From Eutreptiella sp. 'Long Island Sound 2002' (taxonomy: Eukaryota; Protista; Euglenida): a DNA stretch of 64,000 nt. Position numbers and translations under genes: made by a program. A model generated the notes under the pieces. The model saw only the letters and a program-made list of their open reading frames with translations. It did no database searches and was not told where the DNA came from. The stretch is from NCBI GenBank assembly GCA_964036045.1, contig OZ038378.1, forward strand, positions 37,944,001 through 38,008,000, in the 5' to 3' direction. This document shows, in pieces, positions 1 to 12,481 of the stretch; within the stretch, counting starts at the first letter, position 1; the number at the start of each line of letters is the position of its first letter.

Positions 1-3000
1 CATCAAAGATCCCAAAATGCCTGGAAAAGGGGCCTTTTTTTTACCCAAAATGGGTCAAAAACGTGTTTTCCCAAACGACCTCGTGGACCATTTGGGATGC
101 TCAAGTGTTTGTAGATTGTTTTGAGGCAGTGGTGACACGTTTTGCGGCATGGCAAATCCCAAAATGCCTTGAAAATGAGCCGTTTTGGGAGCAAAAATTG
201 ATCAAAAGAGGTTTTCCACAACATTGATCCTGAACCATTTGGGATGCTCAAACAACAATTTTTACCCACTTTTGAGCCTGTGGTGACTCGTTTGGGCCAT
301 GGAAAATCCCCACATGCCTTGAAAAGGGGCCGTTTCGGGACCAAAAATGTGTCAACAAATGGGTCAAGAACCCAATTTTTCAAAAGTGATCCTGGACCAT
401 TTGGGATGCCCAGACAAGTGTTTTTAGCCCATTTTGAGCCCATGGTGACGTGTCTTGGGCCATGTAAAATCCCAAAATGCATTGAAAAGGGGCCGGTTTT
501 GGAGCAAAAGTTGGGTCAACAATATGTTTTCCCAAAAGTCATCGTGGACCATTTGGGATGCTCCAACAAGTGTTTTTAGACTTTTTTGAGCCCGTGATGA
601 CGCGTTTTGGGCCATGGCAAATCCCAAAATGCCTTGAAAAGGGGCCTTTTTGGGACCAAACATGGGTCAAAAAAGGGTCAAAAACGCGTTTTTACAAAAG
701 TGATCGTGGACCATTTGGGATGTTGCAACAAGTGTTTTTAGACTATTGAGAGCCCGTGGTGACGCGTCTTGGGCCATGGAAAACCCGATAATGCCTTGAA
801 AATTGGCCCCTTTCGCACTAAAAATGCGCCTAAAAAATGGTTCAAAAACTTGTTTTCCCAAAAGTTATCGTGGACCATTTGGGATGCCCAAGTGTTTATA
901 GACTATTTTGAGCTTGTGGTGAAGCGTTTCGGCCCCTAGAAAATCCCAAAATGCCTTGGAAATGGGCCCTTTTGGCACCCAAATGGGTCAAATGGGTCAA
1001 AAAGCTGTTTCCCCTAAAGTCATTGTGGACCACTTGGGATGCTCAAACAACCGTTCTTAGCCCATTTTGAGCCCATGGTGACGCGTTTAGGGCAACAAAA
1101 AATCCCAAAATGCCTTCAAAAATGGGCCGTTTTGGCACCAAAAAAGGGTCAAAAAATGGGTCAAAAATGGGTCAAAGAGCCGTTTTTACAAACCCATTGT
1201 GGACCATTTGGGATGCGCAAAGAATTGTTTTTAGACTATTGCGAGCCCGTTGTGGAGCATTTGGGGCCATGGACAGCACCAAAATGCCTTGAAAATGGGT
1301 TGTTTTGGGACCAGAAATGAGTCAAAAATGGTTCAAAAGGGGCATTCCTTCTAACACTCATCGTGGACCATTTGGGATCCTCTAGCAAGTGTTTTTTTAG
1401 CATGTTTTGAGCCCGTGGTGATGCATTTTGGGCCATGGAAAATCCAAAAGTGCCTTGAAAATGGGCTGTTTTGGGACCAAAGATGGGTTGAAAAATGGGT
1501 CAAAAACAAGTTTTTACAAAGGTGATTGTGGACGATTTGGAATGCGCAAACAAGTGTTTTCAGAATGTTTTAAGCCCGTGGTGACGCATTTTGGGCCATG
1601 GAAAATCCCCAAATGCCTTGAAGATGGGCCGTTTTGGGACCAAGGATGGGTCAAAAAAGGGTCAAAAACGTGCTTATCCAACCGTCATTGTGGACGTTGT
1701 GGGATGCTCAAACACAGATTTTTGGCCCCTTTTCAGCCGGTGGTGACACGTTTTGGGCCATGGAAAATCCCCAAATGCCTTGAAAACGGGTTGTCTTGGG
1801 ACTAACAATCAGTCAACAATGGCATGCGTAAAAAAATCGGTCAAAAACGCGTTTTTACAAAAGGCATTGTTTGATCATTTGGGATGCCCCAACAAGTGTT
1901 TTTACCCGGTTTTAAGCCCCTCATGACGCCTTTCGGGCCATGGCAAATCCTCAAATGCCTTGAAAAGGGGCCTTTTCAGGGACCCAAAACCGGTCAAAAA
2001 TGTGTTTTCCCAAACGACATCATGGAGCATTGGAGCTGCCGAAACAAGTGTTTCTTTTAGCCCGTTTCGAGCCCGTGGTGGCGCATTTGGGGCCTTGGAA
2101 AATCCCAAAATGCCTTGAAAATGGGCCTTTTTGGCACCAAAAATGGGTCAAAAACGTGTTTTCCCAAAAGTCACCGTGGACCAGTGGACCATGTGGCATG
2201 CTCAAGAAAGTGTTTTTGAAATACTTTGAGCCCGTTATGACGCGTTGTGTGCCATCGAAAATCACAAAACGGCTTGAAAATGGGCCGTTTTGGGACCAAA
2301 AAAGGGTCAAACACGCGCTTCTCTAAGAGCCAAAACGGCCCATTTTGAAAGTATTTGGGGCTAAAAGTCCCTGAGCATCCCAAATTGTCCACAATGTAGT
2401 TTGGGGGAACAGGGTTTTCACCGCTTTTTGACCCATTTTTGGTGCCAAAAGGGCCTATTTTCAAGGCATTTTGGGATGCTCCAACAAGTGTTCTTAGCCC
2501 GTTTTGACCCCCCGGTGACGCATTTTGGGCCATGGAAAATCCCAAAATGCCTTGAAAATGGGCCGTTTTGCCAGCAAATATGGATCAGAAATGTGTTTTC
2601 CCAAACAGCATCATGGACCATTTGGGATGCCCAAACAAGTGTTCTTGGCTTGTTTTGCGGAGCCTCAAGCAGCCACTCCGATATACGGAAGACCCCGAAA
2701 TCCCCATCCCGCGTGCGAAAGCCTCAAACAGCCTCTCCTATATGGGCAAGGCTCCAAAACCTTAGTGTCGCTGACGAGAGTGGCCGGCAGTAGCCTCTCA
2801 AGTTAGCGCAAGACCTTGGAAAATACCAAAATGCCTTGAAAATTGTCCTTTTTGGCACCAAAAATGGGTCAAAAATGGGTCAAAAACATGTTTTCCAGTG
2901 GACCATTTGGCATGCTCAAGAAAGTGTTTTCGAAACATTTTGAGCCCGTTATGACGCGTTGTGCGCCATCGAAAATTGCAAAACGGCTTGAAAATGGTCC

Positions 3001-3420
3001 GTTTGGGGACCAAAAAAGGGTCAAACACGCGCTTCTCCAAGAGCCAAAAGGGTCCAATTTAAAAGTATTTGGGGATTTTCCATTCTGCTAACCGCGTCAC
3101 CACGGGCTCAAAGGGGGCTAAAAGTCCTTGTTTGGGCATCCCAAATTGTCCACGATGTAGTTTGGGGGAGAGTTTTTTCACCTCTTTATGACCCATTTTT
3201 GGTGCCAAAAAAGGCCTTTCTTCAAGGCATTTTGGGATGCTCCAACAAGTGTTCTTAGCCCGTTTTGACCCCCCGGTGACGCATTTTGGGCCATGGAAAA
3301 CCCCAAAATGCCTTGAAAATGGGCCGTTCTGCCACCAAATATGGATCAGAAATGTGTTTTCCCAAACAGCATCATGGACCATTTGGGATGCTCAAACAAG
3401 TGTTTCTGGCTCGTTTTGCA
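1..3420. repeat. Satellite A: diverged tandem repeat, monomer ~150-180 bp (mean ~160)
   Basis: GGACCATTTGGGATG recurs at ~85, 233, 394, 546, 708, 872, 1028, 1201, 1364 etc., with the companion motifs CCCAAAATGCCTTGAAAATGGGCC and TGGGTCAAAAA. Short inverted segments occur at ~2328-2475 and ~3045-3240, and 2660-2805 is occupied by satellite B. Confidence 0.95.
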
Positions 3421-6400
3421 GAGCCTCAAGCAGCCACTCCGGTATACGGAAGACCCCGAAATCCTAGTTTCGCGTGCGAAAGCCTCAAACAGCCTCTCCT
3501 ATATGGGCAAGGCTCAGAAACCTTAGTGTTGACGACGAGAGTGGCCTGCAGTAGCCTCTAGTATTCACGCAAGACCCTGAAATCCCAGTCCCGTTGGCAA
3601 GACTGGCCTCAAACACCCTCTCCTATATAGCAAAGACCTCGGAATGTTAGTCTGGCCGACTAGACTCTCCTATATAGGAACCGCTCCCAAAACTGAGTCT
3701 CGCAAGTCAGATTGGACTCAAGCAACCTCTCCCATATAGGCAAGGCCCCGAAATTGCGGTCTCGCCCGCGAGACTGGCCTCAAAGACCCTGTCCTATATA
3801 GGCCAGGCCCCAAAATTTCAGTCTCGCCAATGAGACTGGCTTCAAGTAGCCTCTCCTATATAGGCAAGGCTCAAAAACCTCAGTGTCGCCGATGAGAGTG
3901 GCCTTCAGTAGCCTCTCGTATTCACGCCAGACCCTGAATTTCCAGTCCCGTTGGCAAGGCTAGCCTCAAACAGCCTCTCCTATATAACAAAGACCCAAGA
4001 ATGTCATTCCGGCCGACTAGACCGGCCTCAATCAGCCTCTCCTGTATAGGCATGGCCCCCAAAACCGAGTCTCGCCAGCGAGATTGGACTCAAGCAGCCT
4101 CTCCCATATAGGCAAGGCCCCGAAATCTTAGTCTCGCCAATGAGACTAGCCTCAAGTAGCCTCTCCTATACAGGCAAGGGCCCTAAATCCCAGTCGCGCC
4201 GGCGACACTGGCCTCAAATAGGCTCTACTATATAGGGAAAGCCCCAAAATCCCCGTCTCGATGGCAAGACTGGCCTCAAACAGCCTCTCCTTTATAGGCA
4301 AGGTCCCTCAATCCCACTCTCGCAGGTGCGACTGGCCTCAAACAGCCTCTCTTTGGAATAGGCAAGGCCCCGAAATTCTCGTCTGGCCGGCGCGAGTGGC
4401 CTGAAACAGCCCCTCCTATATTGGCAAGACCCAAATGTGTCAGTCTCACCGGCAAGACCTGCCTCAAGCACCCTCTCTCACATAGGCAGGACGCGGAAAT
4501 ACCAGTCTCGCCGAAGAGACCCACATCAAACAACCTTTCGTAAAGGGGCAACACCCCTAAATCCTAGCCTCGGCGGCGACACTGGCCTCAAGCAGCCTCT
4601 CTTATATAGGCAAGGCCACGAAATCTGAGCCTCGCCAGCAAGACTGGCCTCAAACAGCATGTCTTATATAGGCAAGGCCCTAAAACCTCAATTTTCCCGG
4701 CGAGGCTTCCCTCAAACAGCCTCTCCTATATAGGCAAGGCCCTGAAATCCGAATCTTGGCGGCACCTGTGCACCTTCCGTGTCCCATCTCCCGCTTGCCA
4801 TGCGGCCCCACAGGCTCTGACGGTGGCGGCGGCTGCCCCTGAAGTCCCGGCGGTGGCGGTGGCGGGGGTGGTGGTGGAGGAGGTGGTGGTGGTGGCGGCA
4901 GCAGCGTGGGGTGCCGCGGCGGAGTATACGTGGGCGGCGGCGCGAGACTGGCCGCAAACAGCCTCTCGTATATAGGCAACGTGCCGAAATCCGAGTCTCG
5001 CCGGCGAGACTGCCCTCAAATAGCATCTCCTATATAGGCAAGGAACAGAATCCCTGCCTCACCAGCAAGAGTGGCCTCAAGCAGCCTCTACTAAATAGGC
5101 AAGGCCCCGAAATGCCAGTGTCGCTTGCGAGACTGCCCTCAAACACCCTCTCGTATATAGGCAAGGTCCCCAAATCCCAGTCTCGCCGAGGAGACTGACC
5201 TCAAACAACCCCCGCTGTATAGGCAAGATCCCAAAATCCTATTCTCACTGGCGAGACTCGCCACAAGCAACCTCTCCTATATAGGGAAGGCCAAATCCCA
5301 GTGTCACAGGCGAAACCGGCCTCAAACAATTTCTTCTGCGTAGGCAAGGCCCCAAAGTCCCAGTCTCGCCGACGAGACTAGCCTCAAACAGCATCTCTTA
5401 TATCGGCAAGGCCCGAAAATGCGAATCTTGCCGGCGAGACTGCCCTCAAGTAGGCTCTCATATATAGGCATTGCCCCAAAATGCAAGTCTCGCTGGCGAG
5501 ACTGGCCTCAAATAGCCTCTCCCATATAGCTACACACCGAAATCCTAGTCTCGCTATTGAGACGTGCCTTAAACAACCTCTCCGATATAGGCAAGGCACC
5601 GAAATCCCAGTCTCGCCGGCGAGATCAGCCTCAAACAACCTCTCCTACATAGGCGAGGCCCAAAAATCGCCGTCTCGCCGACTAGACTCGGCTCAAAAAG
5701 TCTCTCCTATATTGGCAAGGCCCGAAAATCTCACTCTCGGCTATGAGACGGGCCTCAAAGAACCTCTCATATATAGGCAAGGCCCCAAAATGCAAGTTGC
5801 TGGTGAGACGGACCTCAAATAGCGCTCTCTTATATAGGCAACGCCTCGAAATCCTAGTCTCACCGGCGAGACTAGCCTCAAGCAGTGTCTCCTATATAGG
5901 CAACGCCCCAAAATCCCAATCTCACCGGCAAAATTGACCTCAAACGGCCTCTGCTATACACGCAAGGTCCGTAAGAGCCAGTCTCGCCAGCGAGAGTGGG
6001 CTCAAACAGCCTCTCCTACGTAGGCAAATCCCCAAAATCCCAGTCTCGTCGAGGAGATTGGCCTCAAGCAGCCCCTGCTGTATACACAGGACCCCGAAAG
6101 CCCATTCTCACCGGTGAGACTCCCCTCAAACAGCCTCCCATATAAAGGCAAGGCCCCGAAATCCCAGTCTCCCCGGAGAGATTGGCCCCCAATAGCCTCT
6201 GATGTATAGGCAAGGCCGCCAAATCCCAGTGTCGCCGTCGAGACTGTGCTCAAACCACCTCTTCTATGTAGGCAAGGCCCCTAAATCGTAGTCTTGCCGG
6301 CGAGGCTAGCCTCAAACAGCCTCTCGTATATAGGCAAGGCCCCAAAATGCAAGTCTCCATGGCGAGGTTGGCCTCAAATAGCCTCTCCTATATAGACAAC

Positions 6401-6597
6401 GCGCCGAAATCCTATTGTGGCTGCCGAGACGTGCCTTAAACAGCCTCTTCGATACAAGCAAGGCTCCAAAATCCCCGTCTTGCCGGCGGGATTGACCTCA
6501 AATAGCCTCTCTTATATAGGCAATGCCCCGGAATCCTAGTCTCACCAGCGAGACTGGCCTGCAACAACCTCTCTTATATAGGCAAGGCCCCCCAAGC
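3420..6597. repeat. Satellite B: 62-bp tandem repeat, consensus GGCCTCAAACAGCCTCTCCTATATAGGCAAGGCCCCGAAATCCCAGTCTCGCCGGCGAGACT
   Basis: The CCTCAA anchor advances 684 bp over 11 units between 3964 and 4648 (~62 bp each). A further 2-3 monomers lie at 2660-2805; the array is interrupted at ~4757-4945. Confidence 0.95.
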
Positions 6598-7371
6598 CCG
6601 CAGCAGCAGCCCTCGAAAGCAACTCCTTTGGGGAACAAACGATTGCAGTGATTTGAGAATAACTGCTACGATGAAACATTGGTGACAATGGAATCACCGT
6701 CATGTGAGCAGTTGACTTGAATTTTAATTTATGTTTGACTTTGTTTGATTCGTTGTTCACACTCACCATTTCTTTGTGATGGCACATTGAACTGCCTTTT
6801 TTGAGCAACATTTGGATGTTTCTGTGATGTATGTTTGTGTATGGATTGATTATAACCACTTCCTTATGGTTGCACTCGTATTTTTCTGATGTTATATGTC
6901 AATTTGATTGTGCGGCAAGGAGGCAATGGACAGACAGAATTTTGTACCTCATTCTCTCGGATTTTGCCAAATGTGGCGAAATTTTGCGTCTCATTGCAAT
7001 TCCCTGGAAAATCGGGTCTCTTTCACCATGCACCACTGCACTATTTCGCGGAGTGTCCCTTGGAGACCTACGTTAAAGCCACTATGTTGACATTTCAATT
7101 TTAATTTTTGAAAGGCGTTAAATGTCAAACCGGTTTATTTTGACACGTTAAACAAGAAAACGTAGAAATTTCTAGATTTTAAACTATTTGCAATGTCAAT
7201 TGCGTGCGTATGCTAGGGTCTCAAGGGGGTTTCATGTGGTAGAATCTTGAACAATCGGTTTGTAGAGTTGTTGGATTGCCTAAGAGTTGGGGGTCCAACC
7301 CCTAGTCTCTTTTTTTGGGGTCCACGTGCAACCCCACTCTACACCCCCTTTTCTCTTGTTTGGCACTTGTT

Positions 7372-10300
7372 ATGCCTTTCTGTCGGGACACCCCTAGTGA
7401 CCGAAATTCAACCCAAGAGAATTATTATCTGGGCAAAAATTGACACGTTAATCTGAAGTTTGCATTTTTTTAAGGGGGGTTAGGGGGTTTGCCGTGAAAA
7501 TTCTGACCCCCATGTGTTGCCTTACGGGCTTGGGTAACGTTTTGCCCCGGGGGTTGGTGGGGGGTCCTACCCATGTGGTTGTTTCAAAATGTTAAAATGG
7601 CTCTTGGCTGTAATTTTTGTTTTTAATTTTTGCATTAATATTTGAAAAGGTGCCCTTCTCTACCCCGCTGGGGTAGGGGACGTGGGTGACTGTCCCGACG
7701 ATCGCATCGCCGGGACGGCCGTCCTTCGTCTCGGCCGTTGCACCCTTGGGGGTGTCGGCCTTGGTTGGTTGGGGGGGGGGGGGGGGTTGGCGGTGGCGGT
7801 CTTGGGGGCGTTGGTGGGTTTGGGGGCGGCGACGGCCTTCGTAGGCCGTGCGGTGGTGGTGGTGGTGGGGGGGGTTTGGGCTTTTTGCCGCGGGGGATCG
7901 CGTTGTCGCTCTCCGAGCCGAACTCTAAGGCGAACCGTTCTTTCGAACGTTTGTTTGAGGGGGGTTGGGGGGGGGGGTTGGTTTAGGCGCGGTGGTGGTG
8001 GACACCCCCCCCTCCCCTTCCTCGTCGCTCACCCCACCCCCTCCAATGCTCCCCCACAACCCATCATCCTCCCTCCCCGCATACCCCACCTCTTGCATCT
8101 GAGCCCACTCGCTGGGCCGAAAGTGACGCGACGTCACCCAAACGCCGCTCACCACACGCGAGGTCTCCCAGTCATGGACACCGCGCAAGAGAGCAAGGCC
8201 CAAGGGTGGGTCTCGGGCCACGATGTTGGTGGAGGGACCCCAGGGGTACTTCTTGGGATCGCTCAACGTCTCCCCAAGGCACCCGGATGGGCCTGGCATG
8301 CGTCGCGCTGACCATGACGTCTATTACCTACAGACATAAAAATAACAACAACAGAAGTGTGAATTAATTTTTCCAGCGCCTCTTCATTTTTTCGACATTA
8401 ATATTAACCTTGAACTTCTAATAATTCGACCGGCGGTTCAAAAATGAAATATTAATTTCGAGAAAATAATGCTAGCGACCTAAAAATTAAGCGACACAAA
8501 CAAGCACCATACCTCAAACGTAGCATTGGTGCTTGCTGCTTGTACTGCCCCCATGGCATCCCGCAAGTGAGACGCTGCGGTACGGGCCTCAATGGGGGCT
8601 CCCACGCTGACGGTTTGGGCCGATTGTGCCGCCGGCTTGGCCACGTTCGCGGCCACCGAGGCCGCCTTCACCGTGCGCGAGTTGGGGATGAGGCCCTCGT
8701 ACGAGCGCTGGCACCCTGCATCATAAATGGGTCGGGGCAGGGCCAGGACAGTGCCCCAGTCGACCCCGAACACGATGGCTTTGCCTTGCTGCCACTGCTT
8801 GACCCAGCCCAGCTGGGTCTAGTGCTGTAGCAGCACCTGGTAGTGCGGCGTCCCGAAACGCACGGCGCGGGGGTCAAACAACCAATTCAGTGCGGGCAAA
8901 CTGCCCACACTCGTGGTCTGAAGCAGGGGGGCAGGGGGGCAGCAAGGAGGGGTTTCCAGACCCCCCCCCCCTGGAGGCATCTGGTGACCAACTCCTTCCA
9001 CGTGTCGGTGAATGCATCCCTACCGGGGATGGGCTTGGGGAACAGGAGGCCCGTTGCGGCCGTGTAGGCCAACCCCTGGCGGCTCATATACTCCATCATG
9101 TGCCGGAAGCCAAGCTTGGGGAAGTTCAAGTCCATGAGGAGGCCGATGAGGTCCGGGGCCGGGAAGGGGTGGGAAGCATATTGCTTCACCGCCTCCTTTT
9201 GCTTGTCGCGAATAAGGGACCGGTGGCCAACGTCCGTGGCCTCCGACCATCGGGCCCGGGCCAAGGGAGATGAAGCCACCCACTCACCAAGGAGTTGGGA
9301 GACCAAAGGGTCCCGCAAACTCTTGGCCCCAGCCAAACGCACGAGCATAATGTTACGCTCGCTAAGGGTGTCCCGAGAGAAAGGCATAGAGAGAGAAAGG
9401 CAAGAGCTGTGCAAAGGAACATGGTGGTGTGGAGTGGGGGGGAATGCGGGCAACCGGAGGGGGGGGTGTCCAAGACACCCACCAACACAACATTGGAACA
9501 GCTCTACTATACCGTTGTGCAACAACATACCACGTAACACCCCGTATTGGTCGTCATATGTGCATGGAAAAATGAGTACAAACAACCCAATCAAAAAAAT
9601 TTAACGTTAACCTCGTAATACTTGCGAGATTAATATATTAACCGGTTCATATGTTAAAAATTAAAACTAACCATATTGACTTTAATTTCGGCCACTAGGG
9701 ACCATTCTCGACCTTAGAATGACGCTTGTGCGTTTGAGTGGAGCCAAGAGTTTGCGGGACCCTTTGGTCTCACCAAGGAGCCAAGGGCCGATGGCCGGAA
9801 GACACGGACGTTGGCTACCACTCCCTTATTCGTACTAAGCAAGTGGAGGCCGTGAAGCGATACGCCTCCTTCCTTTTTCTTGCGCCCGAGTTTATTGGGC
9901 CACTCATGGACCTCAATGTCACACGAACGGGGTTCCGCCACCTCTCGGAGTTCATGACCCGGTGAGGGAGTGATGAAACGGCCGCTAAGGGCCACACTTT
10001 CCCGCGACCCATCGCAACACGGCAAGCCTTCTTGGGAAGGGGGAGGACATGGCGAAGCCGATAGAGTTGCGGCCCCCCGTGACCTTGGACGACCAGCCCA
10101 CTAGCCGCATTTGGCACATGCACTCACGGACCCGCTACATTCAATCGCGTGCACCACTAGTGGACACCATTGATTGGGGCCGGCCCCTTACCTTTATTGT
10201 GCGCGGGGATAAGTACCCATGCACCGGTGGGAGTTGGACCCAATTGTCCATTGGGCTCCTCGGCCACGATAAACGGGGCCGCACACGCGCCTATTTGTGG

Positions 10301-12346
10301 GTCATTGGGATGGCCGTGTGCGGCGACAAAGACATGGCCGCTTTAGCCACTATTTGGGCCGAGAACCCTCAGGTACTAGGTGCTTTTTTGTTGCATTGAA
10401 TTTGGGCTCCTTTCGTTTCAAAGTTCCTCATTTAAAAATGAAAAATCGCTTAAGATTTCAATTGAACAAAATTTGCAGCTAAAATTTCAGCGAAAAAGGT
10501 TCTGCCCGGATATCAATGCACGCAGCTTTTTGTAGGTTTGGCGACGAGTGCAAAAGTGTTTGTTGGGCAGCCCGTTGGGTGCCGGCTGCGGTGGTCCTTG
10601 GGGCTGACCAGCCGTTTGTTTGCCGCCTCATTGGGCTGTCCACGTCGCCCCAAGTGGGGTCTATTTAGAATATTGGGGTGTGGGACAAGGCGACGGCGAC
10701 GTGGTTTCGGGTGCACGTGCGCCAAACTTTGTACAACGAGGTGGCCGCCCGTCACCAATATCACGTTGCGGGTCGGAGCTTCGATAATGGGGGCCGCAGA
10801 GTAACTTCACATCGTGGCTGACGGGTGTTGGGTTTTCCTATGCATCTTGGATTGTTGCATGGACATTGGCTGCTTTCAGGTTGCTTTTGTCGAGGTGCAC
10901 TTTGAGGCACTCCCCAAGGAGGATGCCGAGGCCGGGCAACGGTTGTTGTACCTGGCATGCACGGGGGTAAACCCGGGTGACTCTAGCGCACCGGACGGGG
11001 AGGAGTACAGGGCCCTCTCCTTGCGTGGGAGGAGATGGGCCCACTATTGGCCTATGCCACAGAGGACCCCGAATGGCAAGCCATTGTTGCCATGAGGGAT
11101 CGACTTCGTGATTTGTACCTCGATAGGCCCCCTCTCATGGACCCGGGGGCGTCTCTTGTCACGCCGGACTACTGCGCATGTTGCTGCAAGGCCGCCTGCC
11201 AGTCCACCTCCCTCTTGTACCTGGAGGAGGATGTGACCACGGCGGTGTCCAATGCGCCACGTTTTGGTGGTGGGCTTGGGAGCGGTGTGTGCGTATGTGG
11301 TAGAAAGTCTAAACGCCATCCTGAAACTGGCCTACAAAGATCACACGGCCCGCGGGGGGGGGGGGATGCCGGGGGCGACATCCCAGAAAGGGAGGCGGAG
11401 GTCGTTTTGCAAGTATGGGAGCAGTGGTTTTTGAAGTTTGATCTCCCCCTTAGGACCTTAGGAACCCCCATGTGGCCCCATGTACAATGGCCACGCTCAT
11501 GTCCACGCACAGCCCCCCACCCTTTCCCTTGCACACTCAGCTCCCCTATCCACGGACTCCGCCACGATGGAGGCGTTGATGCAAAGAATGATGCAAAAAA
11601 TGACCGACAAAGTGGTATGTGCTTGTGTGTGTGTTTCTGCTTGCCTCGCCACCAAATTTTTTGCCCGCATTTCTCGTTTAAGTTTGAATAGGCGCGTCGC
11701 TGTTTTTGATTTTATTTTAACGCTGGCGGTCGTTCCACATTTAGAATTTAGACGAAAAATGAAGCATTGAAAATTCAACCAAAGATTTTAACCCCAGCCC
11801 AACATTTCCATCTGTTTTCCTCCAGAGATCGCCAAGGTGGAGGACCGTCTGCAGCAGGTTGGAGCACCCCCTGCGGGAGATAATCCAGCTTGAGCTCCTC
11901 TAGCAACTCCTTCAGCAGTTGCAGCCGCTAGCAGTTCCCCACCCCCGGAGCGGGGGGGGGGGGGGGGCACCGTCCGTCGCCGCCTTCTCTGAGAATCACC
12001 TCAAAGAGAAGAAGGATCGGTGACGGAAGAGGGGGGGCGCAAGGAAAGGGAGGAGAGAAGGAGGGCACAGAAGGAGAGGAGGGCGAGCCAAGGACATGGG
12101 GCGGGGGTAGAGGTGAAGGGGGAAGAGTGGGAGGTGGAAGTGCCAGAGGGTGGGGACGGGGAGGGGGATGAGGATGGGGATGAGGTCTTGGAACACGCCC
12201 CCTCCCCCCCCCACAACCCCCTGCTTTACCCCTCCCCGAGTGGCTCCAAAAGGCCCATGGGAAAGATTCAAGGGTGTGCTATAAGGCAGCCGCTGCCCCC
12301 TGGTCTACCCAGGTCCTTGAACAGTGCTGTGCGCCAGACGTGCTAA
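7372..12346 (+). pseudogene. RAG1/Transib-like DDE transposase, interrupted by two insertions, frameshifts and stops
   Basis: The ATG at 7372 reads through in frame once 7392-9702 is removed. Motifs appear in RAG1 order: TFIVRGD (D at 10208), IGMAVCGDKDMAALATIW (10325), VVLGADQPFVCRLIGL (D at 10606), ILDC-(L)H (~10847), WPHVQW..(A)H (11473 and 12255), PWSTQVLEQ (E at 12319). A GT-AG intron lies at 10373-10534. Confidence 0.7.
7392..9700 (-). mobile_element. Nested 2309-bp non-autonomous relative inserted antisense into the host transposon; CCCTAGTG TIRs, 2-bp TSD 'AC'
   Basis: TIRs CCCTAGTGACCGAAATT and rc CCCTAGTGGCCGAAATT match at 16/17. AC lies at 7390-91 and 9701-02. Minus-strand peptides MPFSRDTLSERNIMLVRLAGAKSLRDP..., DPRAVRFGTPHY... 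and RGVHDWETSRV... are paralogous to plus-strand host peptides at 9703-9965, 12555-12660 and 13230-13380. Confidence 0.92.
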
Positions 12347-12481
12347 TTTTTTCCCACCCCAGCAAGGGTCACTACATGTGCGGGTGCACGACTTTTGTAG
12401 TGCCTCATTAGGAAAAATGGGGAGGGCAAGGGGGAGTGGCGAAAAGATTGCACCAACGGGGGCGCTAGGTACAGGCAACGG

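Noticed and set aside
3-6860. Dozens of 60-160 aa ORFs in all six frames
   Set aside because: They are translations of satellite A and B monomers, repeat the same peptides on both strands and have no splice or codon-bias support.
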